From Ptychomitrium polyphyllum (taxonomy: Eukaryota): 64,000 nt of DNA. Position 1 is the first letter of the stretch, and each line of letters opens with the position of its first letter. Positions 49,394-63,426 of this stretch are shown here, in pieces. Below the pieces are notes generated by a model, which worked only from the letters and a program-made list of their open reading frames with translations, was not told the origin of the DNA and did no database searches. The stretch spans positions 3,720,001-3,784,000 of the forward strand of contig OZ316775.1 in NCBI GenBank assembly GCA_973851085.1. The letters run 5' to 3'. A program made the translations under genes and the position numbers.

Positions 49394-52179
49394 GTCAAGG
49401 CTGCCCCCCTTGGTCGCCGCACATCATCGCCCGCCGCACCCTCATGACAGACTGCAGCCGCGCAGCTCCTTCTCGGTAGACTTGATTGCAGCGCTCGCAT
49501 TGTCACCTTTTCCGGCCCCTCACGCGCCGCGTGCTTTGCATGGCCTCGGGTGGGGCGCCCGCGGCCGTGGCACTGGGCACCGTGCGCCGTGTACACCCGC
49601 GTCGTTCCTGTGCCCATGACCCCCTTTATCTAGGAACTGCCTACATTCCAGCGTCTGAGATCTACGGATGGTTGGAGGGTGTCTCCTCGTATTTTGAGTC
49701 CCGTGTCTGGTGTAATGGTCGCTTCGGCTTCGTGCACAGCGAGTGGAAAGGTTGGTGATGCTCTGCCTTCCTTTTCAGTTGGTCGCTGGTAGCTAGGGTG
49801 GGCGTCACTCCTTTTTCCGAGGTTGCAGTGTGAGAGTGAGTACTTGGGAGGGTGTGGTTTGTGTGGATGGGGGAGGGGCCCTAGCAACCACACTCTCGGA
49901 GGTTGGATTTATACTACAGAGTCTGTGCTTACTTTAAAAGTACTTAGGAATACAGTTTGACTTTGTCTTTGTTTTTAACTTTTTAACTTTTATAATTGTA
50001 TAAAAACCTGCATTAAATCCCATCGTCTTGAAGATGTAATGATTGTCTTGCTTTTTTATTTTTATTTTCAGTAAACTAATATAGGAAATGGTGATTAAGT
50101 CATTGCAAAAGGTTTTGTTTTGAATTTGTAACTACTTGTTGTATTTCAATGCTTTGTTGTGGAAAGAATTTTTTTAAACATCCAACAAATTGAGTAGTAT
50201 AACCATCATCATCTTTGCAATATATAAAATCAAATAAGAATGCATAACAATCACACCTTTAAAAAACAAAGAAAAATCACAACACTTAAGTTAAGTGACT
50301 TTCATTATATAAAGGGAGAATTCAAGAGTGGAAGTGATATAGAGATTCTAAATTTTACTTAATGGCTATACCACCATTTATTTTATTTTTTGTTCCTTTA
50401 ATAAAGAATTTAAGGGTCTCTGCTACTTGCCAATCTCCGCCTATAAGAAGATTGCAATAGGCTAGTGATTTGGCTCCTAGCGGCATTTTGGCCTTGTGTT
50501 TTGGAAATTTGAGCTTTATTAAAAGATTGACAATGGGATTCATTGACAATAACTTTTAAAAGAAATTTAAATGGGGCTTACATTATACCTTGATTATAAA
50601 TCTCTTTATTATTTTTATTTAGCCTTTTTGAATCAATTGATTGCTAAGCCATTACCATAGCATTCATCTTCAATTCCATGCACTTATGGTCCTATCTATT
50701 TGGTGGAGCTCCATAATTAACTAGAAGAAGAACTTAAAGGTTTGTTTGTGATGCTATTTAATTTTATTTTGTTAATTGCAAATTTGATGATGGTTATGGT
50801 ATTTAATTTTTTGTGTATGGTAATCTTCATTTACAGTACAATCAAATAAATAAAAAATAATTCAATGCACTTTATTTGCAACATTATATGACTACTATAT
50901 GTACATGTGAAAATTCCAATAAATTACTATAAATTTATTGGTAAATAAAAATTTAGTATTTTATCCTACTAAATTGCTAAATTCTAGGAAGTCTATAATA
51001 ATAGAAAAGTTATCATAGTAATGTTTCAATATATTAAGGTATCAATTTATAAAAACATTTAAACAAGATTTATTTGTACATTTTCAATTGTGGATTAAAC
51101 TAAAAGATTGTAGATTTTAGATTTTGAATTACTTATTTACTTATACAAACGTTTTTAAAGTTTTTTTTCAATTATTTTGAATGCCTTTATTTAGTGTCAA
51201 TTTTATTTTATACTTTGACATTTAAAAATTTCTTCATATCTTCTCCATAAGACAAAAACCACTTGGATTAACTTCTATTTTAAAAGCTAATTAAAAAAAT
51301 CATAAAAACTAAAAAACGTGAAAATGAATTTATATGATTTTTCACTATATTAACTCTATTAATGTATTCAAGGCATAGCAATCTTTAATAAATAAGGGTA
51401 TTGGATTAATTTTTACTAACTTTGAAAAAACTTATATTGTTTTTTATAAGTAATATTATCTTCACAAGACTTTGAAACTCTAAAACCTCTGCAACCCTTC
51501 TGAAAAACATGTGTCATTACCACATGGAATTTGATAAAGACATAAGTGGAGAATTTGATTCATGTTGAAGGAGAATCAATACTGCTGTCTATCTAATATT
51601 CCTATAAAGTGTAGAATTCATTCACAACAACAACCAGAATTTTCATCCTTATTCAGAGAAGGAAAGTTGATCATTCTTCAACCATGATGCATTTATGAAT
51701 TTTACAAGAGATGTGTAGCAACACCGGTTCTTATTCCAACATCCATGTAGTTGTTACAAAATTTGAATTGAAAAGTTAGAATGAGAATGTGACTCAATTG
51801 TACATACAAGCTGCAACTTTGATACAATCCTTGCTGTAAAAATATATACAATAACAAGGTCGCTTATTGAGCTGTAACACTGAAGAAGGTCATGCAGACT
51901 TACTTGTAGATCAATACAGAATATAAACGTTGCTAAATCTAGATGGCACACAATGATGTACCATCTGCTCTTAATCATTGGATAAGCCTGGATACAAATA
52001 TGTATTGTCCTGTTGCAAGCAAGTGATCCATGTAGCTATAACATTCCTTCTCATGCACATTTGACCTCTAATGGGTTTTGTTTCCCCTTCAGAAGTAGGA
52101 ATTTCAGTGCCATTCTCACCCTGGTTGTAAAATTCTACTCTCAGCAAACTTATGTTATTGGTTTCTCATAATGTATTGT

Positions 52180-52925
52180 CAAATTATGCAAAATCAAGCA
52201 TCCAATGACAAAATTGGTACATGCTCCAATTTGCATTCCGTCTTCTTTAGCAAAATCCTCCATCATAGTTTTAGCATACTAGATGCTTTTTTAACACACA
52301 TTACTATATTTAATTGATTAAACTATAGTGCATCTATTTATTAGTAAATTGGTCCTCAAAATCAGTACACAAAATAATTATATAATGGTTGGCAACCATA
52401 TGCCACATTATTAAAAAGGTAAGAAGTTTAGGCTCCTACTTAAAAAGCCATGTCTGAACAAGATATTGTTGACTTATCCATATAATAAGACAAAGTGAAG
52501 CCTTTTTTGTTATAGTAATTAGATTCATGATCTGTTGAACCAAGGATTGGAGTGAGCCTTCCATCAATAACACTAACAAACATTTGAAACAGCATCCTAG
52601 TTAAGGTACTTTGTATGGTCTCCTTCAATTTTAATAGAGGAAACCATCAGATGTACATATCTCTACAAGTATCTTTCAAAGTATGATAAATACCTATGAC
52701 AATGCCATTTCCAATAGATGTACCAGCCTTGTAGGAATGTGCTAACACATACAGTGACACATCGCATATTACTTGTTGAATGAAAAATAGCCACTCTTAT
52801 TTCAAATGGAATATCCTTGCAATATACTGTGTAATGCCTTGTTTTCCAATAATTGATGCAACTTGCTTACAAACATACATAAAAGTTTGTTTTGAAATAC
52901 ATAATCTCTTCATGTAATCAATTTT
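52180..52925 (-). mobile_element. Decayed PIF/Harbinger (DDE_Tnp_4-type) transposase relic
   Basis: Ordered motifs across frames: RLCISKQTFMYVC, IPFEIRVA, VIDGRLTPI..NYYNKKGF, MLKL*WRILLK and VIGCLILHNL, matching Harbinger FRMS..TF / IDGTHIPI..YYNRKGF / LKGRWRIL / ACC.LHN. Confidence 0.75.
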
Positions 52926-54529
52926 GTCAAAGGATTACATCAAATCAAAATTTACATACCTTCAATTGAATCCATCCCATTTTGAATCGACTCTTCCCTC
53001 GTGAAGGGGTAGTGCATGCCTGAGGATGAGGTTAAAGGTGGCTCTTAGTAACACCCAAACCAGACGAGGATGAGGCCTCTAAAGCTAAAAATTATGTAAA
53101 CTAGAAGGTCAATATTTGAAAGAAAGGTCCTGGCAAGAACAATACGCTGGATGTCATAGACTTTGTAAAATTCTCTTACTGTTCTGCTTGTTGAAGCCTG
53201 TGAGGAGCTGATTCTAATGATACCCTCTGCTTGGCATCACAATGGTTTCCTCTGCCCTTGTTGTAGAAAGTCAAGGCCTACATCATATACAGAGGAGTAT
53301 CGACCTAATCAAAGATTTCCACAAAGTTCAATAAATATCATCTTGTGCACTCCAGTGTTACTTGTTCGGGTTTATGTCCTCCAACCTTTTGGGCTGCGTC
53401 TAGTATTCATATATTGTTTCGAAGAATCTCCCTCTTGGGGAAATAATTCCAAAGCAACATATACTGAGGGAGCTCAGTGTGAAGATCAAATAATTCTTCC
53501 AGTGAAGATCAACACAACTCTCTAAAAGAAATCTTATGTTGAAAGCGTATGCAACCAACAGACAGCTACTTGACAAGAGGTCAAACACATTCATGGTGTG
53601 ATACAAGAGTTGGCACTACTCTAGACAAACGTGGATGCACACCTTTAGATAAAGAGATCCTGCCTTTCGACTCCCGTAATTCTTTCAGTTGTTCAAAAGC
53701 TCATGAACTACAGTATTTCCAAATAATTCGACATGTAAAAATAGTGGAAAATTAAAGGATGGTTTTAACACTGAACTTCGCAACCACGCGTTGTCATGCT
53801 TAATAATCAGAAACGATAAGAGTGAACTTTGTAAAGGACTGGTTTTCTTTAAAGGTGTGCAAGCATGTAATAAGGACTCGGCAAATACCTAAGTTGATTG
53901 CCAGTGACCACGTTCTGAGACTCCAGCAATTGCACAAGAACGATCTCATTACAAGAGAAAAGACTACAACGGAGAAAAATGGTAAAGTACATGATTGGCA
54001 TTTCTAAACAGGCCACTTCTCCTGCATAAAAGTCAACTCATTAACCTGCTAAACGTTTAGGTGAATCAATAGAACCTTGTGATGAAGGACTTCTGCTTGA
54101 CTGTACATTGACAGTATGATCCCGATCCTCTTCTAAGTCTAAGTTATCAGGAGTCAGGAGTCTAAACACTCCTAGAGTTATGACCCGATGCCTAACGTAA
54201 CTCCAGCTTCGACCTACCCTGTTGTCCACATGAGGTCGCCTTACCCGAGTTTAACCAAGAAAGGATGTAACACGACTATAAGGCATGTGGAGAAATAAGA
54301 GATTCTTTGAACCTCAGTGACACTACCTAGTGCTGTGACGCAAGACTGGACCTTGCACTTGGCAACATCAGCTGGATAGAGATCATTTGAAAAGGACAAT
54401 AATCCTTCCCACAAATGAATTTCAGGAGAATTTGCCTTTCAGAGCATATGCTACAGGAAAAAGAGAGTAACCACAACGGTCGGAGAATTTCTCGGAGTGA
54501 ACAGATAAAGAATGAGATGTTGATTCCCC

Positions 54530-57500
54530 TCAAGAAGAAATTGGTTCGTAGGGAAATGACAGCCAAGGATGCTTGAGGGCCTCACTGGCAGTTGGGCGCA
54601 CAGCTGGGTTGATGTGCAGAAGGTAGGTCACGAACTCAACGAAGCCTTGGTCGCCCATGGGTAGACGATGCGACAGAGATGTCTTCTTTGGCAGCAGGTA
54701 CTCGAGTTGGTCAGAATCCTGTCGAAACCATCAAGTGGCAAGACATCAGGTTGTCTAGTACCAACTGATACATACTCTTGCTCACAACGAGACCAGAACA
54801 AGGTCCGCTTGAAACTCTAATCGTTTCTGTGCTTTGTTCGAGCCTTATGTGAAAACAGAAAACAGTTTACCCCAGCAGGCATTGGCCCACAAAGAAATAC
54901 ACTATCAAGCCCAGATTGTTCACAACGTGCCAATATCAAAACTTGTTAGATCTCTGTGTTCAGCTCATCATACCTGATTCCTTTCATAAAGCATATGATT
55001 TTTAGTGAAGAACTTGTGCGTATCCCGGCCTTTGCCTAAAAGCTCCGGGTCGATAGGGCCCAAAATTCCGACCACCCGGGCCAACAATGTCGCCAGGGAA
55101 TCGTTCTGGAACAGTACCTGGGCAAATTCATATCTCAAACTCGTTAGTTTCGCAAGTCCCTGCACACGACCGTCTACTTTCTGAAAAACGTCTCAGAAAG
55201 TAGTCTTCACTATTGACGAAATCTAACCTTCGCCTTCATACTCGACGTGCATCTACTACGTTCGAGGGAAACATAATAGTGTTCCGTAAATTCGACCACT
55301 CCAGAGTTCAGATCACACGACGACAAGAAAGAATCTTAAGGAGTACCCTCTCAACTGTCGACTGCTCACACTTCCACGCCATTGTTACTCTCTTCGAGAA
55401 GACTTTTTGAACCCTTAGTGAAGGCTTGATGTGATCGACTACCAAGGCTGACCAATGCCAAGGAACACAAGCATACCAAAGCTGTACCCATAACATACAT
55501 CGTGCACTTCTCCTGAACTGTAAGTCTCCAAAGTTGCCCACCCGCCGCAAAGGTACGCATTTTCGTATTTCTAAGCAACTAGACATCGTAGACAAATCAG
55601 GCGGACATTCACTCACGTTTCCCGAGCACAGTTCTGCAAGTATGCAGCCCAGCGACCACATGTCAATCTTCTGGTCGTAAGGAAGACCAAGAATAACTTC
55701 AGGAGCACGATAGGAGCGAGATTGCACGTAGGAGCACAGATGGTCGGTCTGGAAACAGCTGCTTCCCAAGTCGATCACTTTGATTTCACAGCGGCTGTAG
55801 CTCTTCACCAGAATATTCTCCGGCTTCAAATCGCAGTGAATGAGCCCCAATCCGTGAATAAACTCCAGAGCCTCCAGACATTGACGTGCTATCGACTGTA
55901 ACAAACAACACCAGATGAATGAGGAAACACTCCGTTTCATGGCCCAGTAAACTTCAACCGGCGTTCCGTGCATTTTGACACTAGCTAACTAGAACTTCCA
56001 TCTGGAACCACAACCTCTAGATCCTGCATGTGTGGCACGTGGCTGCCGTAAAATTCAACACCCGACCAGCCAAAACCATGTACGCGAGCACTGAGGTCCA
56101 ACACAGTCTATCGATTGCAATACATGAAGAGCTGAAAATGACAGAAACTCATGAACATCAGGTGTCGGCAATACCTCCTACTATTACGAGTAGAGTGACC
56201 ACATTGACTGCGGGAAAAAGGTCTTCAACAACATTGTGCTCAAAAATTGGGAGAATACCTGAAGGCGGGGCATGGTGAAGTAGACCTCGCCACCTGATTC
56301 TCTGTTGTATTTATGGAACTCGTACAGGTTGGCTCGAAGTAACTCACAGACAATGAACAAATGCTCCTGCAAATCATCAACGCCAGTGTGTTAGCGAGGC
56401 GATGATATATACACCACCCACTTTCTGGAAAACCCAGGATCCACTAGACTTGCTAAAAACGATCAGGCAGTGTAACAAAACTAAAATCAGGAAGAAACAC
56501 CCGTAGCTCGTATTGATGTGAACAGAAATTGAACTGTTCAGTCTTCAACGTAGAGAAATTTTCATGATAGATGGACGTTTTTCCACAAAGGCCGTCGTGA
56601 ATACCCGGTGGTAGAAGTAATCATAGAGTCGCAAGAGATGGTGCTTGTCACCGGGATCATGCTTGTTGATGTACTTGAGAAGCTTGATTTCGTCGAGACT
56701 CTGATCGAAGAAGTCTTTGTTGTTCTTGATTATCTTCATGCACACATCCATTCCTGTGTGCAGATCGTGGGCTTGTATGGCTTTGCTGAAGGCAGCGGAG
56801 CCCAGGTACTCAGTCACATGATAGCGGCCAGCAACGACTGCGTTAATTACAACCGGAAAATCTTTGTCTTCCTCGAATCCAGTCCTGCGAATCAAAGCAG
56901 TCGGCATCAGGGGAACTGCGACAGTAGAAATCCCCACACAATTCCAAGGGACAAGCATCGCAAGAGTTGGTGAAAGCGACGACCTATTACTCAGAGAACA
57001 TTGTACATCTAAGTCCAGATCCAAACCAAAGCGCAGTTAGCGCTTGCATCTCAGGAGCTAACAAAATCCAGCAACTTTGTGGCCACACCTGTTCTTTCGG
57101 TGGATGATCTTCAAATCAAACGTCTCGAACTCTTCCTCTTCTGCTCTTATCCTCCGAATCTGTTCTTGCACTGCTGCAGCCTCTTCGTCTTCGGCTGCTA
57201 CGGCCTCAGCTTCTCTAATTTTCTGGTCCACCTCCGCCAGATCTACTTCCTCTGGAACTTGTTCTGCTTCATCATCACTTTCTCCAGCCTCATCATCCTG
57301 GACAGTACAGGGACAGTCAGAAAGAATGTGCCGGTTACAGCGACACGAAACAAGGTACAGCAGCTACAGGTACCAGATGCTGCATCAAAAGAAACAGGGG
57401 GTTGCCCGAAGGATGCCAAGTTTGTCGATATCGGCCACAGTTAAGCTAGGGCTTCACATCTAGGTACTCTGTAGGGTAGAACAAACTTTGTCCAAAGATG

Positions 57501-60500
57501 ACGGCTCTCACCCAAGGAAGACAAGCGACTGTTCCAACGACGACCACAACAGTATCAAGGGGGAGCCTCGTTTCACTGGTAGACGCACTCCCCTACACCA
57601 ATCCTCAACAGTACAAGCTAGTCCCATAAGCGACGTTGAGATCGACCAAACAAGCAAGGCACACATTATCTCACCTTGGCAACCGCACTGCCATACCCAT
57701 CCGTCGAGTTCGCCGATCCAATGGAGCGCACAGACTGATCTCGGTGAGCATCGTTACGAGGACTGATCACGGGTGAAGATTCATTGCTCTTCCGCCTCCA
57801 AGAAGCCAAAGGGTCTTCGGACCCCAGCACACCATTGCCGTACTCCTCCAGATCTTCCCCGACAACCTGGCTGGTGATATCTCTCACCGACCACATCGAC
57901 TTCCCAGAGTCTACCCTGGAAACAGCTCCTAACTCTCCTGCACTCGTCGATGGGGAGGGGAACGAAAACCCACCAAACCCTGTCGCACCAGCTATCTCAG
58001 ATTCTTTGTGCCGCTGACCCTCCCTATCACCAGTGCTGCTAGTCTTCGTCACCATGGATTTCTCACTCTCTCGGTTGGGGAACTGTAACATGTCCGAGGT
58101 TGAGGTTTCCCGCTCCACGCCTCGACGCTTGTGACTCGCCCATGGATTGTTGTAGTATTTCAAGATGAGGTCTTCTTCCTCCTCCTCTTCATCCTGCTTC
58201 CCAACACCCTCATAACCATGCACCCTTCCACTATCCCTGTTCCCCACCTGAGACGATGAGCTGGTTTGGCCCATGCTTCGAACACCGATCTCACTTATCT
58301 CTAAATCTCCTTCACCGCTTTCTCCGTGCACACTCTCACGCCTTTCACTCCCAAGTTCTGCAACATCGCTACTCACGCCCGCACCACCGAATCGCACTGA
58401 ACCCACTCTATCATCCTCCACTTCGAAGATGCTATCGTCGGGAAGAGATCTACCGCGATCCGCTTTCTTGCTGCCTGCCTCCAAGGGACTTCCCTTGGAA
58501 GCATCAAAGCCTTGCCACCTCGTATCTCCGCTCATCAAAGGAAGCCCGTCCACATTTAATAGATGTCTGTTGAACGGCCCTCCGTCAAGGATGCGAGTGG
58601 CGTTGGCAACCTGGATCATACAGGAGGATTGCCATGTCAGAAGTGGACCACAAGTTGCAGAGATGTCATCCTACGTAGTAGAAGACCTGACAAGAACTAC
58701 TCACACTCGAGGAACGTCACTAGAGACTCCCTCGTTGTACTCGTATCCGAGCTTACCAGTATGTGTCTAAAAGCAGAAGGTCGACTGGTTTGCAACCAGA
58801 TCAACTACGAGCACCACATACCCCTCGAGGGATACAACCACAGATTGAACCCACCAGTCACTCAGTTCCTCACGACCTGGCCTAGCATGATCCAGAGTGT
58901 CCATATGTGGCACAGGCTACTTACATGTTTTCCCTCAAGTACTCTCCTCTGTCAAGAAGCACAGAGGGGACGGCCTAACAGGCGAACTCAGTTGGGCCAT
59001 CAGACGATCCTGACATTGACAACGCTTGACTGCTGTCACATCTACTTCAGTGCAAGGAGAAAGAAGCCAACATGTTCCACAACCCACCGAGATCATGCAG
59101 AGTTCCCAAACGACCTCTTTTCTGCGGCGGACCCCTGTGCACAAGTGCGAACTTATCTTGTACTACACATTCCCACTCTACAGCTGTTTAACCTGCAGAG
59201 AGTGGATGCGACTATACCTGGCCATTATTACCAACATTTTCTCCACCGTCCATGCGCGCAAATACCTCACTCGTCTTAACTTTGTCAACTTCTACAGGAG
59301 TTTCCTCCTCCTCTTTCCCTGCTTTCGCCCGATAGTACTCCTCCCCAGAGAAGTAGGACTGCTGCTCAACAGAGAGCCAAGCCGGTCACAATGATATCCA
59401 CTTGATATCTCGCGTCCAACAGGACGCAAGAGTGCTGAATGACTGTTAACGAAATTCATTGGAACTGACAATCTGGTTCTAGTCATCCGGCGGAGGAACT
59501 CATGAAATTGAAGAATACATGCAAAAGAATGGAGAAAACTCCAAAAATCCTCCTCACGGAACAACCAAGTGGATCTCATCCAAGTTCTACAACCCCATCA
59601 ACCAAGTTAGCCGTATAAACCTCTAAGCACTGCACTGCCTTGGGTCTATGAACAATTGCTCGAAAATTGTGGATGCCTACTGTGCAAACCTCACACTGCT
59701 GAGACGAAGCCCAGACGGACAGAACACCTTCGCTACTGATTAGCGCACGACAGTGGAATGGCATAGGTCGGCCTGCAGGACCCTCCGTTTGACAACCTCG
59801 GCACCACGGCCAGGTTCAACTTCCCCGAGCAGTTTCCCATTGTTCGTAAAGAAAGCAAACACATACAATGAATCTGAACACAGGGATGACCACAGGGGTG
59901 GACTTGCCTCTTCTTCCACGAAAGAGCAGTCCTCGTCCTCGTACTTCTCTTGCTCTTTCTCGCGACGCAAGCCTCGCGGGTTTTCCACATTGGGGCGGGC
60001 TCGCTCATCATCGCTTGGATAATCGATCTCATGCGCCAGAAACCACTCCTCGTCTTCAATCGGTTGCCTATGATATCCGGGATCGTCGTCATCCTCATAA
60101 GTATCCGAGTCCCAATACTCGTCCGCATATTCCACTGCGGACTCACTCTGTCCATCTCCTGCTGTTGCAAACCCAGACAGGAGCTCAGACTGATCCTCTA
60201 CAATGCCATGGCTCACTGAAGGCCGTGCAGAGGCAGGCATGCGCCGAGACCCTACAATTATGTACACCAGTAGTGGAAAATCATGCATTAAAAATCAGGA
60301 GAATCGTCGACCAAAAAACTTAACGGCCTGAAGGTAACGCTTGTCGCAGAATGTCGCTCTGACGATACCTCCATTCCAGGACGACCCAACAACAGAAGAG
60401 TGCATGCCAGTAAAATGACGAGCGGGAACGTTTGAGACAGAAATGAACCCGCAAGACAGAAGTCCAGAAACGCTACCCACGTACCTGACGAGGAGATATC

Positions 60501-63426
60501 CTGCCCGACAGGAATGTCAAGATAGGACCCCAGTCCAAAAGGAGCGGCATGCGCAGTTCCGGCAACATTGGCAGGCGATGAAGATTCGGCAGTATTTGTG
60601 ACTCCACTGTCGTATTCATCCTGCGCGGCTTCGGGAGTTTTGGCATCATTTGAACGCAGGCGAACATGAGCAAGCTTGGGAAGGCCCTCTTGAACTGTTT
60701 TGGGAGCCACACATTTCAGTTTTCTTTCTACAACTGCTGAAGCCGCGTCTTCCGCTGTTGGCTGCTCTCGTGTAGGGTACTTTTTCACGTCATCAAGGGA
60801 AACATCCGCATGCTGCGAACCGCTGTCCGGTTTCGGAGTCGCATGGGGTACAAGCTCCTGCTCTGGACCCGTTTGGAGACGCTCGTCATGCGAGTGAGAA
60901 GGGATTGTCGAAACCGTTTCCTTCCCTCCCTCCTCGGACCTCTGTTTTGAATCTGCTGCAAGGGAGACGCTTGTCCTGATGGGAGCGATGGTCTTGATAG
61001 GAACTTCTGTCCACTCTGGACTTTTGGGCACGGTGTTTCCGTCGCCAGCGTCTCCTGCGCTTGTGTTGACGAAAAGTACTGCATCAACACCACTTTTGTC
61101 CCTAGGTGTCAGCTGCACTCCCACGGTGGATTCAGGAGCAGGAGTCGCAGCAGCTTGAACAGGTGCGACTCGGCCACTGTTGCCACTCTGCACCAGAGAC
61201 ATCACTGTCAATGCATGGGTCACAAAGACCGATTACTGGACTCCTCTTCAGACAAACTACAATCCCGTCACCGATGCTGCACATCCTGCTACCTTGAGAT
61301 CCAGAGGAATAGAGGAGAGATAGGGGAGACATATGTACATACACACCAAGTACTAAGAAGAAATTCTGAATCTCTGGCCGACAGGCAAAGCAAATCGAAT
61401 CTCTACGGTGCAGAGGGAGCCCCTGTGCATATGCCTCTCCCTCACATCTAGTACGTTTTTACATCCACAGTCGAATGTCCGCTAGGACGTTAAAGGCAAA
61501 CCCCTGCAGAACACCTCTCATAGAATCAACCATGAGAGCGCACGCTAACCTGATAGTGCTCAACATTCCTCTGGAATAGCAGGGAAGTTCCGTGATGCAC
61601 GTGTTCTGCGCTAGGCTAACTTCTACCAGCCCTCACCAACGCGACTCTGATTGCGCAACAACTACCCAGTTCCTAAACGGCATATTGATCATACGAGCTA
61701 CCACCACAAGAAAGCTGTGGGAGCGTGCAGGCGTGCAGGAACACAATGTTTACCCCTTTCTCTGGTTGACTGGCCACATTCTTTGTCACCGTCGGAACAG
61801 CTCGAAAGCTCTTCTCTCGATCCAAAGCGGGCTTGTCAGCACTCTTGGGCTCCCACCTCTGTGAACAGATATGGGGCTTGTCAGCATCGGGTATGGTAAG
61901 TCCACAAAAAGCCCCAAAGACTGGCCAAATTAACAGGGACACAAAGCATCCTCACTGGTGAAGATTGTGCACATTACCAAAGACACCAGTTCCTACTCGG
62001 TGCCTGACCAACTCACGACGAGACCAGTGACAGATGATCATGTTTTCACAACACTGACGTCCACGGGCTTCATAGCATACACACATCAGAAGTGCACTGC
62101 TCACTCCTCGATGCCGAATTGGCTCTGAAAGCAGAGAGGGCAACGAGGACAACCCAAGCCTGCACTAGAAAGATGTTATCCCTTCAAAGGAGACATCCGC
62201 CCCCTCCGATCCTTTCAAACACAAATTCTTGCCCTACATATTCCTCCATGCACCAGACACTTTACTGAGGCCCAGGCCCGACGAAAATCACTCCTCCGAG
62301 AGCACCCCACCTGCTTCAGAGCATCTACTTTTCCCCGAGTCGCTTCAAACAGAGCTTGCGGAGAATCTATTTCTTGAGCCGGTGAGAAGCCCTTCTCCAG
62401 ATAGCCCGGGGGATTGAAGACTCCTCCGTTGTTCGAATCTGAAACCTTCCCCAACACTACGTTGGTTGTTTCCGCTCTCTTTCGCTCGGGAACCACCTTC
62501 TCGACAGAAGAGGCTGCCACTTCTGCCTCGGTCTGAAGCGCACTCAAGCCTCCTATTCTTCCCTGTGGTGAAAATGACAAGACGGGAGTTGTGAAAACAT
62601 TGACACACACCAGTCGTCTGTGTCATGATAGTTTGACTGTTGTGCATCTGAAACCAGCTCAAAGCGACGAGTTGGAACGCCTAACGCTCGCAAGTGCTTG
62701 TCATCGCGCAACTCCTCCATCCTGATTGTACACTAGACACTCCGTGAGCGAAGCATAGTAGCCTGTAGTAACCCAACTACGCTCAGATCCAGGATCTATC
62801 ACGGTACCGCACATCAAGCGACTATCCAGCATTCAGACATATACTCCTCATCAACAACACGGACAAATAGCAATCGATCCTGATTCCAGACAACGACCTT
62901 CAGGACGACGAGCCGTTAGTGACGATCGTACTTCTCTTACCGGAGACCTCCTTCTCTCGACCATAGTCTTCTCAGAAACAGGAGGAAGAGCAACTGGTGA
63001 TGACGAATTTACAACACCGAGCACAGACTTTGGCTTGGTCGGATGCTCCAGTTCCGAAACCTCAAACTCCATGAACAGCGGTTCCGAGTCCTCCAGCTTC
63101 GTCGACGGTTGAAGCAATTCCACCTGACCAAGGGGTTCCTCCTTCACTCCCAGCCCCGCCGGTGCAGATGGTTTTGCCTCTGTCACCAACTTGTCGCGCG
63201 CTCGTTTATCTGGCACCACGTCTACCTCATGACGTTCCTGTGCTGCTTTCTCCTGCATCGACTTGAGGTGTATGGCAACATCGAGGTCGAGGTCATCGCC
63301 CAAAGGAGCAGGGATCGGACCATTCGACTGCTGCCGCAGGCTGACCTCCTCCCGCAGAACTGCCTCTGCCCTGGAGAAATGGTGCCGATGCAAGTACTCC
63401 AGAATGATACCGATGCTGTCCGCCAT
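54530..63426 (-). CDS. DYRKP: Plant-specific DYRK (DYRKP-type) kinase; exons 63426-62941, 62562-62311, 61858-61754, 61187-60485, 60251-59908, 59358-59218, 58610-57675, 57297-57089, 56884-56605, 56365-56258, 55895-55617, 55117-54974, 54718-54530
   Basis: LisH-like start (ILEYLHRHHFSRAEAVLREE), WFLAHEIDYPSDDE, LKIIHRKNRTGFEEDKDF, YLGSAAFSKA, HCDLKPENIL, DLGSSCF..HLCSYVQSRSYRAPE, ending HPWLSFPYEPISS*. Kinase exons are firm; the low-complexity N-terminal exons are less certain. Confidence 0.93.

Noticed and set aside
53200..53760. Coding-like fragments downstream of the kinase
   Set aside because: No frame or splice model gives a coherent protein.
55700..56810. Non-canonical kinase motifs (LGSAAFS glycine loop; CSY instead of YxY) as a pseudokinase signal
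   Set aside because: These are normal for plant DYRKP kinases; the catalytic Lys, HCD and DLG motifs are present.
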